From: Pseudonocardiaceae bacterium
GTDB taxonomy: Bacteria > Actinomycetota > Actinomycetes > Mycobacteriales > Pseudonocardiaceae
Length of the DNA stretch: 40,703 bases
Assembly (NCBI GenBank): GCA_035640615.1
Contig: DASQVU010000188.1
Coordinates: 1-40,703, forward strand
Direction: 5' to 3'
The notes under the pieces: model-generated
The model's input: the letters and a program-made list of their open reading frames with translations, nothing else
What the model was told of the DNA's origin: nothing
Database searches by the model: none
Translations under genes and position numbers: made by a program
In this document: one piece after another, positions 21,319 to 33,885 of the stretch
Numbering within the stretch: position 1 is the first letter of the stretch
Layout of the letters: the number at the start of each line of letters is the position of its first letter

Positions 21319-21342
21319 CCCGTTACGCCAGTTAGTCAACGA

Positions 21343-22197
21343 TCATGCAGGAACTCGGGAGACGAGCGAGGTCGAGCGGGATGGCCGCTGCGAACGCGTC
21401 CTTGCCACTCGCGCTGGTTCGGCTGCTGCGGTCTCAGCAATGGGTGCGGGATCGATCCACGTGTGCGACCCGACGACGAGCACCCGGCAGCCGCGCGCGC
21501 CGGCCTCCTCGGGCAACGCACGCAGGCCGCGCTGCCCGTGCAGCGAACGCAGCGCATGCAGCTGGGCCGACCGGCTCTGCTGGAAGCGCACGTCGTCGAG
21601 CGCGTCCACGCGCCCCGCAAGCACCGGCTCTGCCGGCCGCGCGGAGACCGCGACTGGCGCGGCGGCCTTGCTCTGGGTCTTGGGCGACGACGCCAACCGG
21701 GTCTTGCCCCACGGTTTCGCAACCGAGATCCCCGTCGCGACGAGCAACAACACCAGCGCGGCCGACCGCACGGCCAGCGTATTCAGCTGGATGGGCTCGC
21801 CCTCACCGGCCAAGACGTGGGGCAGTCGCGGCAGCATCAACGCCACGCCAGTCGCGGTTAGCGCGGCAGCGATACCGGATTTGGCGAGTAACCACCAGTG
21901 CCGCGTCAGGCCCCACGACGTTCCCAGGGCCAGCACCAGTCCGGTGCACAGCGAGGCAAAAACCAAGGGCACCAAGATCCAGAAGGCGATGGCGGTCATT
22001 GCAACGGAGATCCCCATGCGCAACGCCGGGTCACTGGAATCCAGGCCGATCACCTCCAGCACCACCAGCGCCCCGATAAGGCCGAGCCATCCAGCCGATG
22101 CGGCGACGTGGACGGTGAGCAGCGTCGACCGAACTCGCTTCGGCAGACGGGGGACCTGGGGCAGGTGTGCGAGGGCTGCGGCCAGCGAAGGGCTCAT
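21343..22197 (-). CDS. hypothetical membrane protein (4 predicted TM helices in the N-terminal 170 aa; Ala/Arg-rich C-terminal tail)
   Basis: Hydrophobic segments include LLTVHVAASAGWLGLIGALVVLEVI, AMTAIAFWILVPLVFASLCTGLVLAL, WWLLAKSGIAAALTATGVALML and AALVLLLVATGISV. This is the best of the overlapping frames. The C-terminal third is less convincing. Confidence 0.55.
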   Translation of the reverse strand: MSPSLAAALAHLPQVPRLPKRVRSTLLTVHVAASAGWLGLIGALVVLEVIGLDSSDPALRMGISVAMTAIAFWILVPLVFASLCTGLVLALGTSWGLTRHWWLLAKSGIAAALTATGVALMLPRLPHVLAGEGEPIQLNTLAVRSAALVLLLVATGISVAKPWGKTRLASSPKTQSKAAAPVAVSARPAEPVLAGRVDALDDVRFQQSRSAQLHALRSLHGQRGLRALPEEAGARGCRVLVVGSHTWIDPAPIAETAAAEPARVARTRSQRPSRSTSLVSRVPA

Positions 22198-22424
22198 GGC
22201 GCGTTAACGAACCCCGGGACTGCGCGTCACGGTCAACGTGTCTGAGCTGGGCTTCGAACAGCGGCGCGACGGCGTGTCGCTGCGTTGTCGGGGTGCTGGG
22301 CGGGTCTACACTGAGCCCGTTTTCAGGGCTGCCTTGAGTGCGGTAGTCACCTGTCGGCGCCCTCACCTCTGACGTTGCTGAACAGCACTCCGTAGCGCTG
22401 ACCCACTGCGGCAAGCTTGGGAAG

Positions 22425-22615
22425 ATGCTTGGCGTCCTCCCGGCCGTATTCGACTCCGCTGCGGAGAGCGTCACGCCACGGCGATCCACCACGCCGTGCT
22501 CGAGGCGGCGCGCGAGTTGTTTATCGCCCAGGGCTACGCGACGACAACGGTCGAGCAAATCGCGCTGCGGGCCAGCGTGAGTAGGCCGGCGGTACCGCAC
22601 TGCTTCCACTTCTAA
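22425..22615 (+). pseudogene. TetR-family regulator fragment (HTH region only, frameshifted and truncated)
   Basis: The frame ending at TAA 22613-22615 reads ..GERHATAIHHAVLEAARELFIAQGYATTTVEQIALRASVSRPAVPHCFHF*, the TetR N-terminal HTH pattern. It has no usable start in that frame and no ligand-binding domain follows. Confidence 0.45.
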
Positions 22616-22696
22616 AGCCGATGGAGGTTGACGGAAAGCCGGCGAAGCCTTAGCCTTCTAACGCGCAGAGATCTTGATGTTAGAAGGAGGTCAGTC

Positions 22697-23236
22697 ATGG
22701 TCGTTACCCGCACTATGTCGAGCAGCGCCGGCCCCTCCGTCTGGTTTCGCTCAGCGCATAAGCCGTTGGCGCCGTTGAGTGGAGCGGCACTGTCCGCGGT
22801 TCGCATCGTCGTGTCTTTCCTGTTCGCCTGCCACGGCACCAAGGTGCTATTCGGGATGTTCGGCGGGATGGACGATCATGGCGCTACCGCAGCTATCGGA
22901 TCGTGGCCTATCTGGTGGGCGGGCATCATTGAGTTAGGTGCAGGTGCATTAGTTCTGTTGGGCCTGTTCACCAAACCAGCAGCGGTGCTGTGCTCGGGCA
23001 CGATGGCCTTCGCCTACTTCACCGTGCACCAGCCTCAGGGCTGGTTTCCGCTGCAAAACCACGGCGAGCTGGCCACGTTATACTCCTGGATCTTCCTGTT
23101 GATCGCGGTACTTGGCCCGGGTAGTTTCGCCCTCGACACGGTGCTTCGGCATTCTCTATCTGCGACGGCGTCGTCATCCCGTGCGGCGAGGATTACGCGA
23201 ATCGTCAACGCAACGGTGTCCGAGCGTTTTCAGTGA
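22697..23236 (+). CDS. DoxX family membrane protein
   Basis: LSAVRIVVSFLFACHGTKVLFG is the DoxX signature, with several TM helices. The ATG at 22697 is preceded by GAAGGAGG. The longest ORF begins at 22628. Confidence 0.8.
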   Translation: MVVTRTMSSSAGPSVWFRSAHKPLAPLSGAALSAVRIVVSFLFACHGTKVLFGMFGGMDDHGATAAIGSWPIWWAGIIELGAGALVLLGLFTKPAAVLCSGTMAFAYFTVHQPQGWFPLQNHGELATLYSWIFLLIAVLGPGSFALDTVLRHSLSATASSSRAARITRIVNATVSERFQ

Positions 23237-23270
23237 TCTCGCGTCGACGCACTGATTCTGTTCACAACGA

Positions 23271-26230
<2,960 letters not shown>

Positions 26231-26254
26231 CTAATCTCCCTGGAGGTGGTAGCG

Positions 26255-27280
26255 CTACGGGACGAGGATTGCTCGGCCACGGACCCGTCCATTGTCGAGA
26301 TCGTCGAAGGCCTCGACGGCCGAGTCGAGCGGGTAGGTCTTGGTGTGCAGCGTGACCTTGCCGGCCTCGGCAAGAACCATCAGCTCCACGAGGTCGTTGT
26401 AGGTGCCGACGATGTTGCCGATGATGTTGCGTTCGGTTGAAATGATGTCCAGGGTCGGTATCTGAAGCTGGCCCCCGTAGCCGATCACGAAATAGGAGCC
26501 GGCCTCTCGGGTCATCTCGAAGCCGTCATGCTCGGCACCTTGCTCGGCAACGAAGTCGAGCACCACTTCGGCACCCGCCCCATCGGTGAGGTCCTTCACC
26601 GCGTCCACGTGCTGCCCATCGGCGACCACGGTGTGCTGTGCGCCCAGCTGCTCGGCGAGCTTGAGCGCCTCGGGATTCCGGTCCACCACGATAATCGTGG
26701 TCGCCGTCAGTGCGGCAAGGCATTGAATGCCGATATGCCCAAGACCACCCGCGCCGATCACCACACAGCTCGTTCCGGGATACAGCAGGGGAATCGCCTT
26801 GCGCACCGCGTGGTAAGCGGTGATCCCGGCATCGGCCAGCGCGGCAACATCTGCCGGCTGGGTGGACGGATCGAGCTTCACGCAGGCCCGTGCCGAAGTC
26901 AGCAAGAAGTCGGCCATCCCGCCGTCACGGACCAGACCCGGGAAGTCGCCATTGCTGCAGTGCATGTCGTCGCCTGCGCGGCACGCGCGGCACAACCCGC
27001 AACTCGGCGCTGGATGCAGGATGACCGTGTCCCCTGGAGCGACGTTGGTCACGCCGGACCCCACCTCGTGCACCCAGCCCGCGTTCTCATGGCCCAGCGT
27101 GTACGGCAACGTCACCCCACTGCGGTCGGCCCACTGGCCCTCGACGATGTGCAGATCGGTGCGGCAGACTCCAGCCCCGCCGATCTTGACGATGACATCG
27201 AGTGGACCGGAGATGGTCGGTTCCGCAACGTCCTCCACCACGGGCGACTTGTGGTAGGCGTGCAGCCGGACGGCTTTCAT
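26255..27280 (-). CDS. zinc-dependent (medium-chain) alcohol dehydrogenase
   Basis: It has GVCRTDLH, structural-zinc cysteines (CGLCRACRAGDDMHC) and the Rossmann motif VIGAGGLGH. The ATG at 27280 (MKAVRLH) is preceded by GAGGAGAAGG. The longest ORF extends to 27400. Confidence 0.9.
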   Translation of the reverse strand: MKAVRLHAYHKSPVVEDVAEPTISGPLDVIVKIGGAGVCRTDLHIVEGQWADRSGVTLPYTLGHENAGWVHEVGSGVTNVAPGDTVILHPAPSCGLCRACRAGDDMHCSNGDFPGLVRDGGMADFLLTSARACVKLDPSTQPADVAALADAGITAYHAVRKAIPLLYPGTSCVVIGAGGLGHIGIQCLAALTATTIIVVDRNPEALKLAEQLGAQHTVVADGQHVDAVKDLTDGAGAEVVLDFVAEQGAEHDGFEMTREAGSYFVIGYGGQLQIPTLDIISTERNIIGNIVGTYNDLVELMVLAEAGKVTLHTKTYPLDSAVEAFDDLDNGRVRGRAILVP

Positions 27281-27290
27281 GACCTTCTCC

Positions 27291-28016
27291 TCATGATGTG
27301 GTATGGGCCGCCAGCTGCTCGCCCACCTGCTCGTCGGTGGCAGAGCCCACGCCGTACCTGGTGGCGAGCAGGCTGAGGCAGTGGCCGGCGTTGGCTTCAA
27401 TGTTCACTCTGGTACTGCGCACCCGCCGCAGGTGCAGCGGGAGGGCCTCCAGGCCTACCGGCGCGCCCGTGTCGTCCACCAGCAGCGGCGCGTCATCGTC
27501 GGAGCGGATGCCGAGCTCTGCGCGGCGCTCGCGGAGACGGCGTAGATCGGGCGACGGGGCAACGTCGCCCAACCGCATCTCCGCCAGCTCGGCAGGCTGC
27601 ACTCCCGCCGCGAGCAGTGGCCGGGCCACCCGATCTTGGCCGGCCAGCATGGCCTTGCGGAGGAAGGTTGTGCGTAGCTCGTGGAGTTCGTTCTGTGCCT
27701 CGCCGCTGAAAGTGCCGATGAACCCGGCACGGGCGGCGACCCCGTCATTGATCGTGGTGGCGGCGAAGTGATCTTCCAGCACGATCTCCGCTCTGGTCAC
27801 CCCCTCCACGGCGGACACCGCGTCGTAGGCATCGGCGACCATCAGAAATGCGAAGTTTGGGGCGCAGAAGAACGTCGGCAAGCGCAGCCGCACCTGCGCA
27901 ACCCCGTCTGCGGACACGGTGCACGACGACACGAACTGGAGCTCGACGATCGAGGTGTCCAGCTCGGGGTCGCGTACCGTGTCCAGCGCAGCGAGCGCGC
28001 GCGACGCGAGCGTCAC
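27291..28016 (-). CDS. DUF59 (MIP18/SufT-like metal-sulfur cluster assembly) domain protein with an uncharacterised C-terminal extension of about 140 aa
   Basis: The N-terminus ALDTVRDPELDTSIVELQFV...VRLRLPTFFCAPNF fits DUF59. Its GTG start overlaps the amidohydrolase stop (GTGA at 28013-28016). Confidence 0.7.
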   Translation of the reverse strand: MTLASRALAALDTVRDPELDTSIVELQFVSSCTVSADGVAQVRLRLPTFFCAPNFAFLMVADAYDAVSAVEGVTRAEIVLEDHFAATTINDGVAARAGFIGTFSGEAQNELHELRTTFLRKAMLAGQDRVARPLLAAGVQPAELAEMRLGDVAPSPDLRRLRERRAELGIRSDDDAPLLVDDTGAPVGLEALPLHLRRVRSTRVNIEANAGHCLSLLATRYGVGSATDEQVGEQLAAHTTS

Positions 28017-29086
28017 GCCTGGATCCCGGCGGTCTCAGGGGTGTCGGTGGTCAGTTGCTCGCCGGGAGCCCGATCTTCGTCAGCCGCGGTGGGCAGCTGG
28101 CATTCGGCCGGAACCTCGATGTCGTAGAGCTTCGCCGCATTGAGACCGAGGATCTTCTTCTTCGTGGCGACGGTCGGCCGCGGGTAGTCGCTAAACGCCT
28201 CATCGTCGGGCATCTGCCAGTCGACAAGGGCTTCGACCTGCCATTTCGGCGTCCAGATGTTGTAGTCGGAGCCGAAGGTCATCCGGTCCTCACCGACCCA
28301 GAACAGCAGCTCACCCATCACCTTGTTGAAGAACTTCGGTCGGGCGTACAGCAGCGCGCCGACTACCACAGAGCAACCGGCATAGACGTTGGGTTCCTGC
28401 ACGGCCATATAGCAGAAGTCGTCGATCCGCGGAATGCCCGCGTGCTCGATGATGAAGTTGAGCTCCGGGAAGTCGGTTGCGGCGCCGTCGACGTCGGAAG
28501 CGTCGAACGCGTCCTTGTCCAGCGGCCAGATCGTCGGGCCCTTGTGGACGTGAATGTTCTTGATTCCCAGCTCCTGGCAGCGAGCCAGGAACCGGTAGGC
28601 CTCCGGGTCGGTGAGCTTCCAGCCGCGGGAACCCTGGTACCACTCCGCGGTGTAAAGCTTCACGCCCCGGAGGTTGAACCGCTTGGCGTCCTCCTCGAGC
28701 TGCTTGAGCCCGGCGTCGCCCTCACGCGGGTCGAAGCGGCCATTGGTGATCAGCTTGTCCGGGTACTTCTCGGTCAGCACGTGGTTCTGGGCAGCGGTGT
28801 TGAAGCCGGTCTGGTACCACTCGGTCAGATAAGTGGACTGGAAGAGGGCGACGTCGACGTAGCCCTCCTCGAACACGTCGCGTACGAAGTCCTCTTCGGA
28901 GACCTTGAGGAAGTGCTCGTAGTCCCAATGCGTCTCCGGTGGGGCCAGCTGGTGGTAGCCGTAGAAGCAGTCGATCCAGCCCTTCGCATAATTTTCGGCG
29001 CCCGGTACCCAGTTCTCCCGGCTGGCATCCCAAAAGTGCAGGTGGGTGTCGACGACGAAGTACTTCTCGCCATCCTTTTCATACAT
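28013..29086 (-). CDS. amidohydrolase-2 family metal-dependent hydrolase (TIM barrel)
   Basis: It has VVDTHLHFWD (HxH metal motif), the IIEHAG region and FGSDY. The ORF is 357 aa. This is the conserved accessory gene of mim/prm clusters. Confidence 0.85.
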   Translation of the reverse strand: MYEKDGEKYFVVDTHLHFWDASRENWVPGAENYAKGWIDCFYGYHQLAPPETHWDYEHFLKVSEEDFVRDVFEEGYVDVALFQSTYLTEWYQTGFNTAAQNHVLTEKYPDKLITNGRFDPREGDAGLKQLEEDAKRFNLRGVKLYTAEWYQGSRGWKLTDPEAYRFLARCQELGIKNIHVHKGPTIWPLDKDAFDASDVDGAATDFPELNFIIEHAGIPRIDDFCYMAVQEPNVYAGCSVVVGALLYARPKFFNKVMGELLFWVGEDRMTFGSDYNIWTPKWQVEALVDWQMPDDEAFSDYPRPTVATKKKILGLNAAKLYDIEVPAECQLPTAADEDRAPGEQLTTDTPETAGIQA

Positions 29087-29199
29087 CGTGGTGGGTCCTC
29101 CGCTTTGAAGTGTGATCTGCCGGATCTCCGACCCGCGATGAGCAGGCCGGAGACCCGGCTGATCGAAAGACTGGGACGGTGCGGCCTAGCGCTGTAGTA

Positions 29200-29571
29200 C
29201 TACCCTCTCGCCTTCAGATCGAAGCCGATGTACTCCGCCGCATCCTCCGGGTTGGCGAACATGATCGTGCGATCGTCTTCGTGAATCATGCGGCCGTAGT
29301 GCGTGGACATGCTTTCCTCGAACTCGGCAGCGTTGAACCAGCCCTCCTCCTCACCGGCAGCTTCGTCGATCTCGGAGTACACGACGTCCATGCGGTTCTT
29401 CGCGTCCACCCGGATCATCGAAGGCAGGTGGGTCACCTCGACGTTGTCCTTGGTCGCCATCACGTCCGCGACCAGACGGCCGACCTGATTGTTCATCAGC
29501 GTGAAACCGCACATGTTCGACGCGGTGTTGTTGGCCTTGAATGGGCTCTCGGCGGTCTTGGTAGTGGTCAC
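29200..29571 (-). CDS. mimD: monooxygenase coupling/effector protein (MmoB/DmpM family)
   Basis: The 123-aa protein has MmoB/DmpM-like size and sequence. Its GTG overlaps the stop of the small-subunit gene (GTGA at 29568-29571). Confidence 0.85.
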   Translation of the reverse strand: MTTTKTAESPFKANNTASNMCGFTLMNNQVGRLVADVMATKDNVEVTHLPSMIRVDAKNRMDVVYSEIDEAAGEEEGWFNAAEFEESMSTHYGRMIHEDDRTIMFANPEDAAEYIGFDLKARG

Positions 29572-30752
29572 TGGCCCAGCTCCTTCGGTACTTGCAGACC
29601 AAGGTCGGACACGATCCCGCTAAAGCGGTTCTTCGCGCGGTCGAGGCCATCCTCGAACCGTGGCGGCTTGTAATCAGGCTGCGACCACAGCGGCTGCAGC
29701 GTCCGTGCGGCCTCCAGGCACTGCGGAACCCACTTGGACAACCAGCCCTGCATGATTTCCTTGTTGTGCTCCGCGAATTCCTTGTCATTGACTCGCGGCT
29801 GGAACATCGCGATCGTCATGCGCAAGTCGCGCTGCGCGTAGTCGTACTCACCGGCACCCATGATCGTCGGAGTGACAAAGTCGCCATTGCCAGCTGCCGC
29901 CTGCTGTACCAGGTTGCTCCGGAACAGCTCGCCCACCAGTGGCTCGAAAACCACGTTCGTGGCGAAGATGCTCTCGCCCCAGTCGTCCTCGATCGCAGTC
30001 AGCGCCTCGACCACCTTGCGGACACCTTGCCAGGCCGGGTCAGAGTTCCACGCCTCGATGTGCGCCGAGCCGTCGAACCCCTCGATCTCCTCGCTCAGCG
30101 TGAGGTTATACAGGGCGAGGTCCTGCGCGAAGCGGATCTTATGCATGCCGTTGACGGCAATCGCCGTGTTGTGCATGTTCGTCGGGCCAGATCGGTTGGC
30201 CGCGCAGAAGACATAGAGCCCGAGGATGTGCTCGACGTGCATCCATGCCCCGACATGGTGCTCCACGAAATGGATCCAGTTCGGGTTCCACTGCTCGAAA
30301 GCCTTTGCCTGCCGGGCCACCTCAATGTTCTGGTTGACCTGGCGTACGACGTTGGCGCCGTAACGGTAAAGCGTCATCTCCCATTCTTCGTTGGGGTCGC
30401 GGAACTCGTGCCAGCCATGTGCCGGCCAGTCGAGGTCCTTGCCGCCGCCACCGGTGCCGGGACCCCGCTCCGGCTCGGGGCGGTCCTGCCCCCATGCCTT
30501 CAGCTTCGTCCACGTCAGTGGGTAACCGACCTCGCCGTTCGCGAAGCCGTAGATCCAGCCCTGGCTGAGATAGTGCCGGGGATCCGGCTGAACCTCGACG
30601 GTCACGTCCTCGTAATGGGTCTGCCGGCGCTTCGCCGGTTTGTAGTAGTTAAATCGGCGCGCGGCCGCGCTCGAGTCCGGAAACTCCTTGGCACCGGCCT
30701 CGGCATCGGTGAAATTGACTTTTGGTACGCTGCGTTGCTGCGCAGTTGTCAT
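29568..30752 (-). CDS. mimC: soluble di-iron monooxygenase hydroxylase small (beta) subunit
   Basis: It holds the third position in the A-B-C-D order. The ATG at 30752 gives MTTAQQRSVPKVNFTDAEAG. The longer ORF to 30923 overlaps the reductase gene and encodes an Arg/Pro-rich extension. Confidence 0.85.
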   Translation of the reverse strand: MTTAQQRSVPKVNFTDAEAGAKEFPDSSAAARRFNYYKPAKRRQTHYEDVTVEVQPDPRHYLSQGWIYGFANGEVGYPLTWTKLKAWGQDRPEPERGPGTGGGGKDLDWPAHGWHEFRDPNEEWEMTLYRYGANVVRQVNQNIEVARQAKAFEQWNPNWIHFVEHHVGAWMHVEHILGLYVFCAANRSGPTNMHNTAIAVNGMHKIRFAQDLALYNLTLSEEIEGFDGSAHIEAWNSDPAWQGVRKVVEALTAIEDDWGESIFATNVVFEPLVGELFRSNLVQQAAAGNGDFVTPTIMGAGEYDYAQRDLRMTIAMFQPRVNDKEFAEHNKEIMQGWLSKWVPQCLEAARTLQPLWSQPDYKPPRFEDGLDRAKNRFSGIVSDLGLQVPKELGQ

Positions 30753-30870
30753 CAGTGCTGCCCTCACCCTTGAGTTCGGCCCGACGTTGCCATCGGTTCG
30801 GGGCTTGTCGGTGCCCCGCGAGTTGATGTCTGGAGTGACCCTCCTCAATGGCCGTCGATCACCGGCCGGT

Positions 30871-31902
30871 TTAACCGGTTGTCGTGAACTTGTCGTAGTA
30901 GATGCGTTCCTCAGGTACCCCAAGGCGGGTCAACGTGGCGATGGCCGCGTCCACCATGGGCGGAGGACCGCAGACATAGGCGTCCACGCCCTTGAGATTC
31001 GACTCGTGCTGGGCCATCACATCGGTGACCATCCCGACTTCACCGTCCCACTCGTCCTCGTCGGTGGGCTCGGACAGCGCCGGGATGTAGCGGAACCCGG
31101 GCAACGAGTCCTCCATCGCCCGCAGCTCCTTTTCGAAGCACAGGTCGCGCCGGCGGCGGGCGCCGTAGTAGTAGGTGGCCCGCCGGGTGATCCCGCGCTC
31201 GACCATCGAGCGCAGCAGCGACAGGATGGGCGCCATGCCAGCACCGCCGCCGACGAACACGAGGTCCGTGTCGTGGCCCTCGCGCAGCGTGAACACCCCA
31301 TAAGGTCCGGTCACCTCCAGCCGGGTACCTACCTCCACTTCCGTATCCAGGTAATGGGAAAACCGGCCGTCCGGATAGATCTTGATGATGAACTCCAGCC
31401 GGCCGTCCCGGCACGACGTGTTTGCCATGGAAAACGCCCGGGTCTCGGTAGTACCCGGAATGGTGAAGTCCAGGTACTGCCCGGGGAAAAACTTGATCTC
31501 CGGTGGCTCAATCAGTCGGATCACCAGATGGCGCATGTCATGAGTTACCGGCTCGTTGGAGACGACCTCCGCGACTGCCTGCTGGATCGGCAACCCGGAC
31601 CGAATGATGTCCTCGTCGTAGTGCAGCAACTCGACCGTCAGGTCCTCATAGGCGTGTGTCCGGCACAGCAGGGTGTACCCCTCCTCCTTTTCGAAGTCGG
31701 GTAGGGCAAAGGTCGAGTACCGATCGAGCTCGATGTCGTCGCCCTCCAGCACAAACGACTTGCAGGAGGCGCACTGGCCCTCCTTGCACCCGTGCGGAAG
31801 CATGACGCCTTGTTCGAAGGCCGCCCGCAAGACCGTCTGGTCCTCGTCGACCTCGATCTCGATGCCGACCGGCTCGAACCGGACGACGTGCTTTTCACCC
31901 AT
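30871..31902 (-). CDS. mimB: monooxygenase NAD(P)H oxidoreductase ([2Fe-2S] ferredoxin plus FNR-like domains)
   Basis: It has CKEGQCASCK...C plant-type ferredoxin cysteines, RAFSMAN (FAD binding) and GGGAGMAP (NAD binding). The ATG at 31902 (MGEKHVVRF) is preceded by a GAGG-containing SD. Confidence 0.9.
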   Translation of the reverse strand: MGEKHVVRFEPVGIEIEVDEDQTVLRAAFEQGVMLPHGCKEGQCASCKSFVLEGDDIELDRYSTFALPDFEKEEGYTLLCRTHAYEDLTVELLHYDEDIIRSGLPIQQAVAEVVSNEPVTHDMRHLVIRLIEPPEIKFFPGQYLDFTIPGTTETRAFSMANTSCRDGRLEFIIKIYPDGRFSHYLDTEVEVGTRLEVTGPYGVFTLREGHDTDLVFVGGGAGMAPILSLLRSMVERGITRRATYYYGARRRRDLCFEKELRAMEDSLPGFRYIPALSEPTDEDEWDGEVGMVTDVMAQHESNLKGVDAYVCGPPPMVDAAIATLTRLGVPEERIYYDKFTTTG

Positions 31903-32037
31903 GGCTACCTCACGGAGAACTCCCGAGGCCGAAAATGCGGCCATCGGAGAGGGGAAGGGTCCGCAGGAGCGCCCTGCTGCGACCCTTCCCGACTTCGGCA
32001 TGTCGGCTAGTAACCGCTCGGCAAGCGGTCGTCCTAG

Positions 32038-33690
32038 TCAGTCAGCCGCTGGCGCCGGCCGGCCGGCCGGTCCCTGACGCACATAGTCGGCGCGGAAGGC
32101 TTCCCGTTCCTCGTCCGACATTTCGTTGAGCAGCACGTTGGGGCTCTGCAGCGGTGGCATGCGCCGCATGTGGTCCAGCGTCCACATCTTCTTGGGGTCG
32201 AGGTTCAGATGCGGCTGGGCGGTCATGGTCTTGCCGTCCTCGCGGACGCCGCCCATGTCGGCGACCACATCAGCCCAGTTCCAACCGTGGTAGAGCGTCT
32301 CCCACTCGCGCTTCCCGGTGAGCTGACCCATGTTCGGCGTCTCCCGACCCATGTAGGTCGGCCGGAACGCGACCTTGTCAGTCCACGCGCACATCTCGTG
32401 ACAGTAGGTGCGCCACTGCCCGTCGACCTTGTCCATGACCATGTCCTCGCGCACCAGGCAGGGCACCATGCACACCCAGCAGCGGTGCGGATACACATAA
32501 TCGACGTTCTCGGCGACGATCGGGTGATGACCGTTCGGCAGGGACAGCCGGGCGTAGTTCTCCCACCACTTGCCGTACCTGTCGTACCAGCCCGGGTACT
32601 TGTACTCGAACCACTCGAAGTCCTCGTCGGTCATGGGGTCGATCCGCCAGTAGTTGGCCAGCCAGCCAGTGGCGAAGAACTGCGCGACCTCGTGGACGTA
32701 CCCCTTGTTCCAGATCTGGTTCCAGGATTCTTCGATGAGGTCGTGCGGGATCACCAGCCCGTACTTCTCAAGTGGTACCAGATAGCTGCGGTAGTAGTCG
32801 TCATAGATCCACCGCCGCCACATCTCGGCGTAGCTTTCCCGTTCCTTGCGGCGGTCCTTCGTGCCGTATTCGATGAAGGTGCCGATCGCCGCATCGACGA
32901 CCCGGTGGTTGTTCCACCATGCGTACCGCAGGTCGCGCTCGAGCAGCTGGTGGTTACTCTCGTCGGATAGCGCCATCAGCAGGGTGGCGTAGCCATTGCT
33001 GATGTGCCGCGACTCGTCAGACTGCACCGAGTGGAACACGGTCGGCAGCAGGTAGTCGCCGTTGGCTGCCGCCTCGGCGGGCATGGCGACGAACAGGGTG
33101 TTGGTGAACGCGGTTTCGGCGACAATCGTCAGGTAGATGCTCGCCGCCGTGATGGCATCACCGGTGATGAAGCCTTCGGCGAACTGCCGGCCGATCGTGC
33201 CGCAGTAGTCGTTGTGGAAATTGCGCAGGCTCGTGTTGAAGCCTGCCGGGTCGATGTAGTTGTTCATGTACAGGCGCTTGAGGTTCTGCTGGATCGTCGA
33301 GTGCCTGACCTCGTCGATCATCTGGATGGCCTGGCCGTTGTGCAGCTCCGGGTTGGGCACCGTGTGGAACAGCATCGGCATGGACCGGGCCGCCGAGATC
33401 TCGGGGAGCGGAATGATGGACAGAAATAGCTTCTGCCACTCCAGCCAGCGCTCCTGCACCTGGCGGAACATGTTGCCACGGATCGCGCCGTCGGAGGCCC
33501 CGTAAACGCGGTGGTCTTTCTCCTCCTGCATGGGGAAGTATGACCGCAGAACCTGCTTCAGCGGATCCCTCTTCTGCGCCTTCCGGAACGTGTAGTCAGT
33601 CCCGTACTTCCGGTACGGCGTGTGATACATCGGTTCCCAGGCCAGTTCCTGGATTTTTTGGTGAGCCTTTGCCACACTCTGGCGACTCAT
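32038..33690 (-). CDS. mimA: soluble di-iron monooxygenase hydroxylase large (alpha) subunit (propane/acetone/phenol mim/prm type)
   Basis: The two di-iron ligand motifs are DEVRH and DESRH. It shows strong overall resemblance to MimA/PrmA as I recall them ([37 protein letters not shown]). The ATG at 33690 is preceded by GAGGAG. Confidence 0.92.
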   Translation of the reverse strand: MSRQSVAKAHQKIQELAWEPMYHTPYRKYGTDYTFRKAQKRDPLKQVLRSYFPMQEEKDHRVYGASDGAIRGNMFRQVQERWLEWQKLFLSIIPLPEISAARSMPMLFHTVPNPELHNGQAIQMIDEVRHSTIQQNLKRLYMNNYIDPAGFNTSLRNFHNDYCGTIGRQFAEGFITGDAITAASIYLTIVAETAFTNTLFVAMPAEAAANGDYLLPTVFHSVQSDESRHISNGYATLLMALSDESNHQLLERDLRYAWWNNHRVVDAAIGTFIEYGTKDRRKERESYAEMWRRWIYDDYYRSYLVPLEKYGLVIPHDLIEESWNQIWNKGYVHEVAQFFATGWLANYWRIDPMTDEDFEWFEYKYPGWYDRYGKWWENYARLSLPNGHHPIVAENVDYVYPHRCWVCMVPCLVREDMVMDKVDGQWRTYCHEMCAWTDKVAFRPTYMGRETPNMGQLTGKREWETLYHGWNWADVVADMGGVREDGKTMTAQPHLNLDPKKMWTLDHMRRMPPLQSPNVLLNEMSDEEREAFRADYVRQGPAGRPAPAAD

Positions 33691-33885
33691 GGTCACACTC
33701 CTCACCCGTGTATTCGGGTACGCTGCGGTGCTGACCGTCAGCGTCGATACACTTGCTCAAATTTGTTGCTCTTGCTTGATGAGTCACAGTCACGTGTACT
33801 AGCTGATGGACGGAACACGAGAAAATGGATCAGTGAGGCGCCAACTCCCTCCAACGTCTCTCCTGGTCACTAGCTCGACAGCGGT

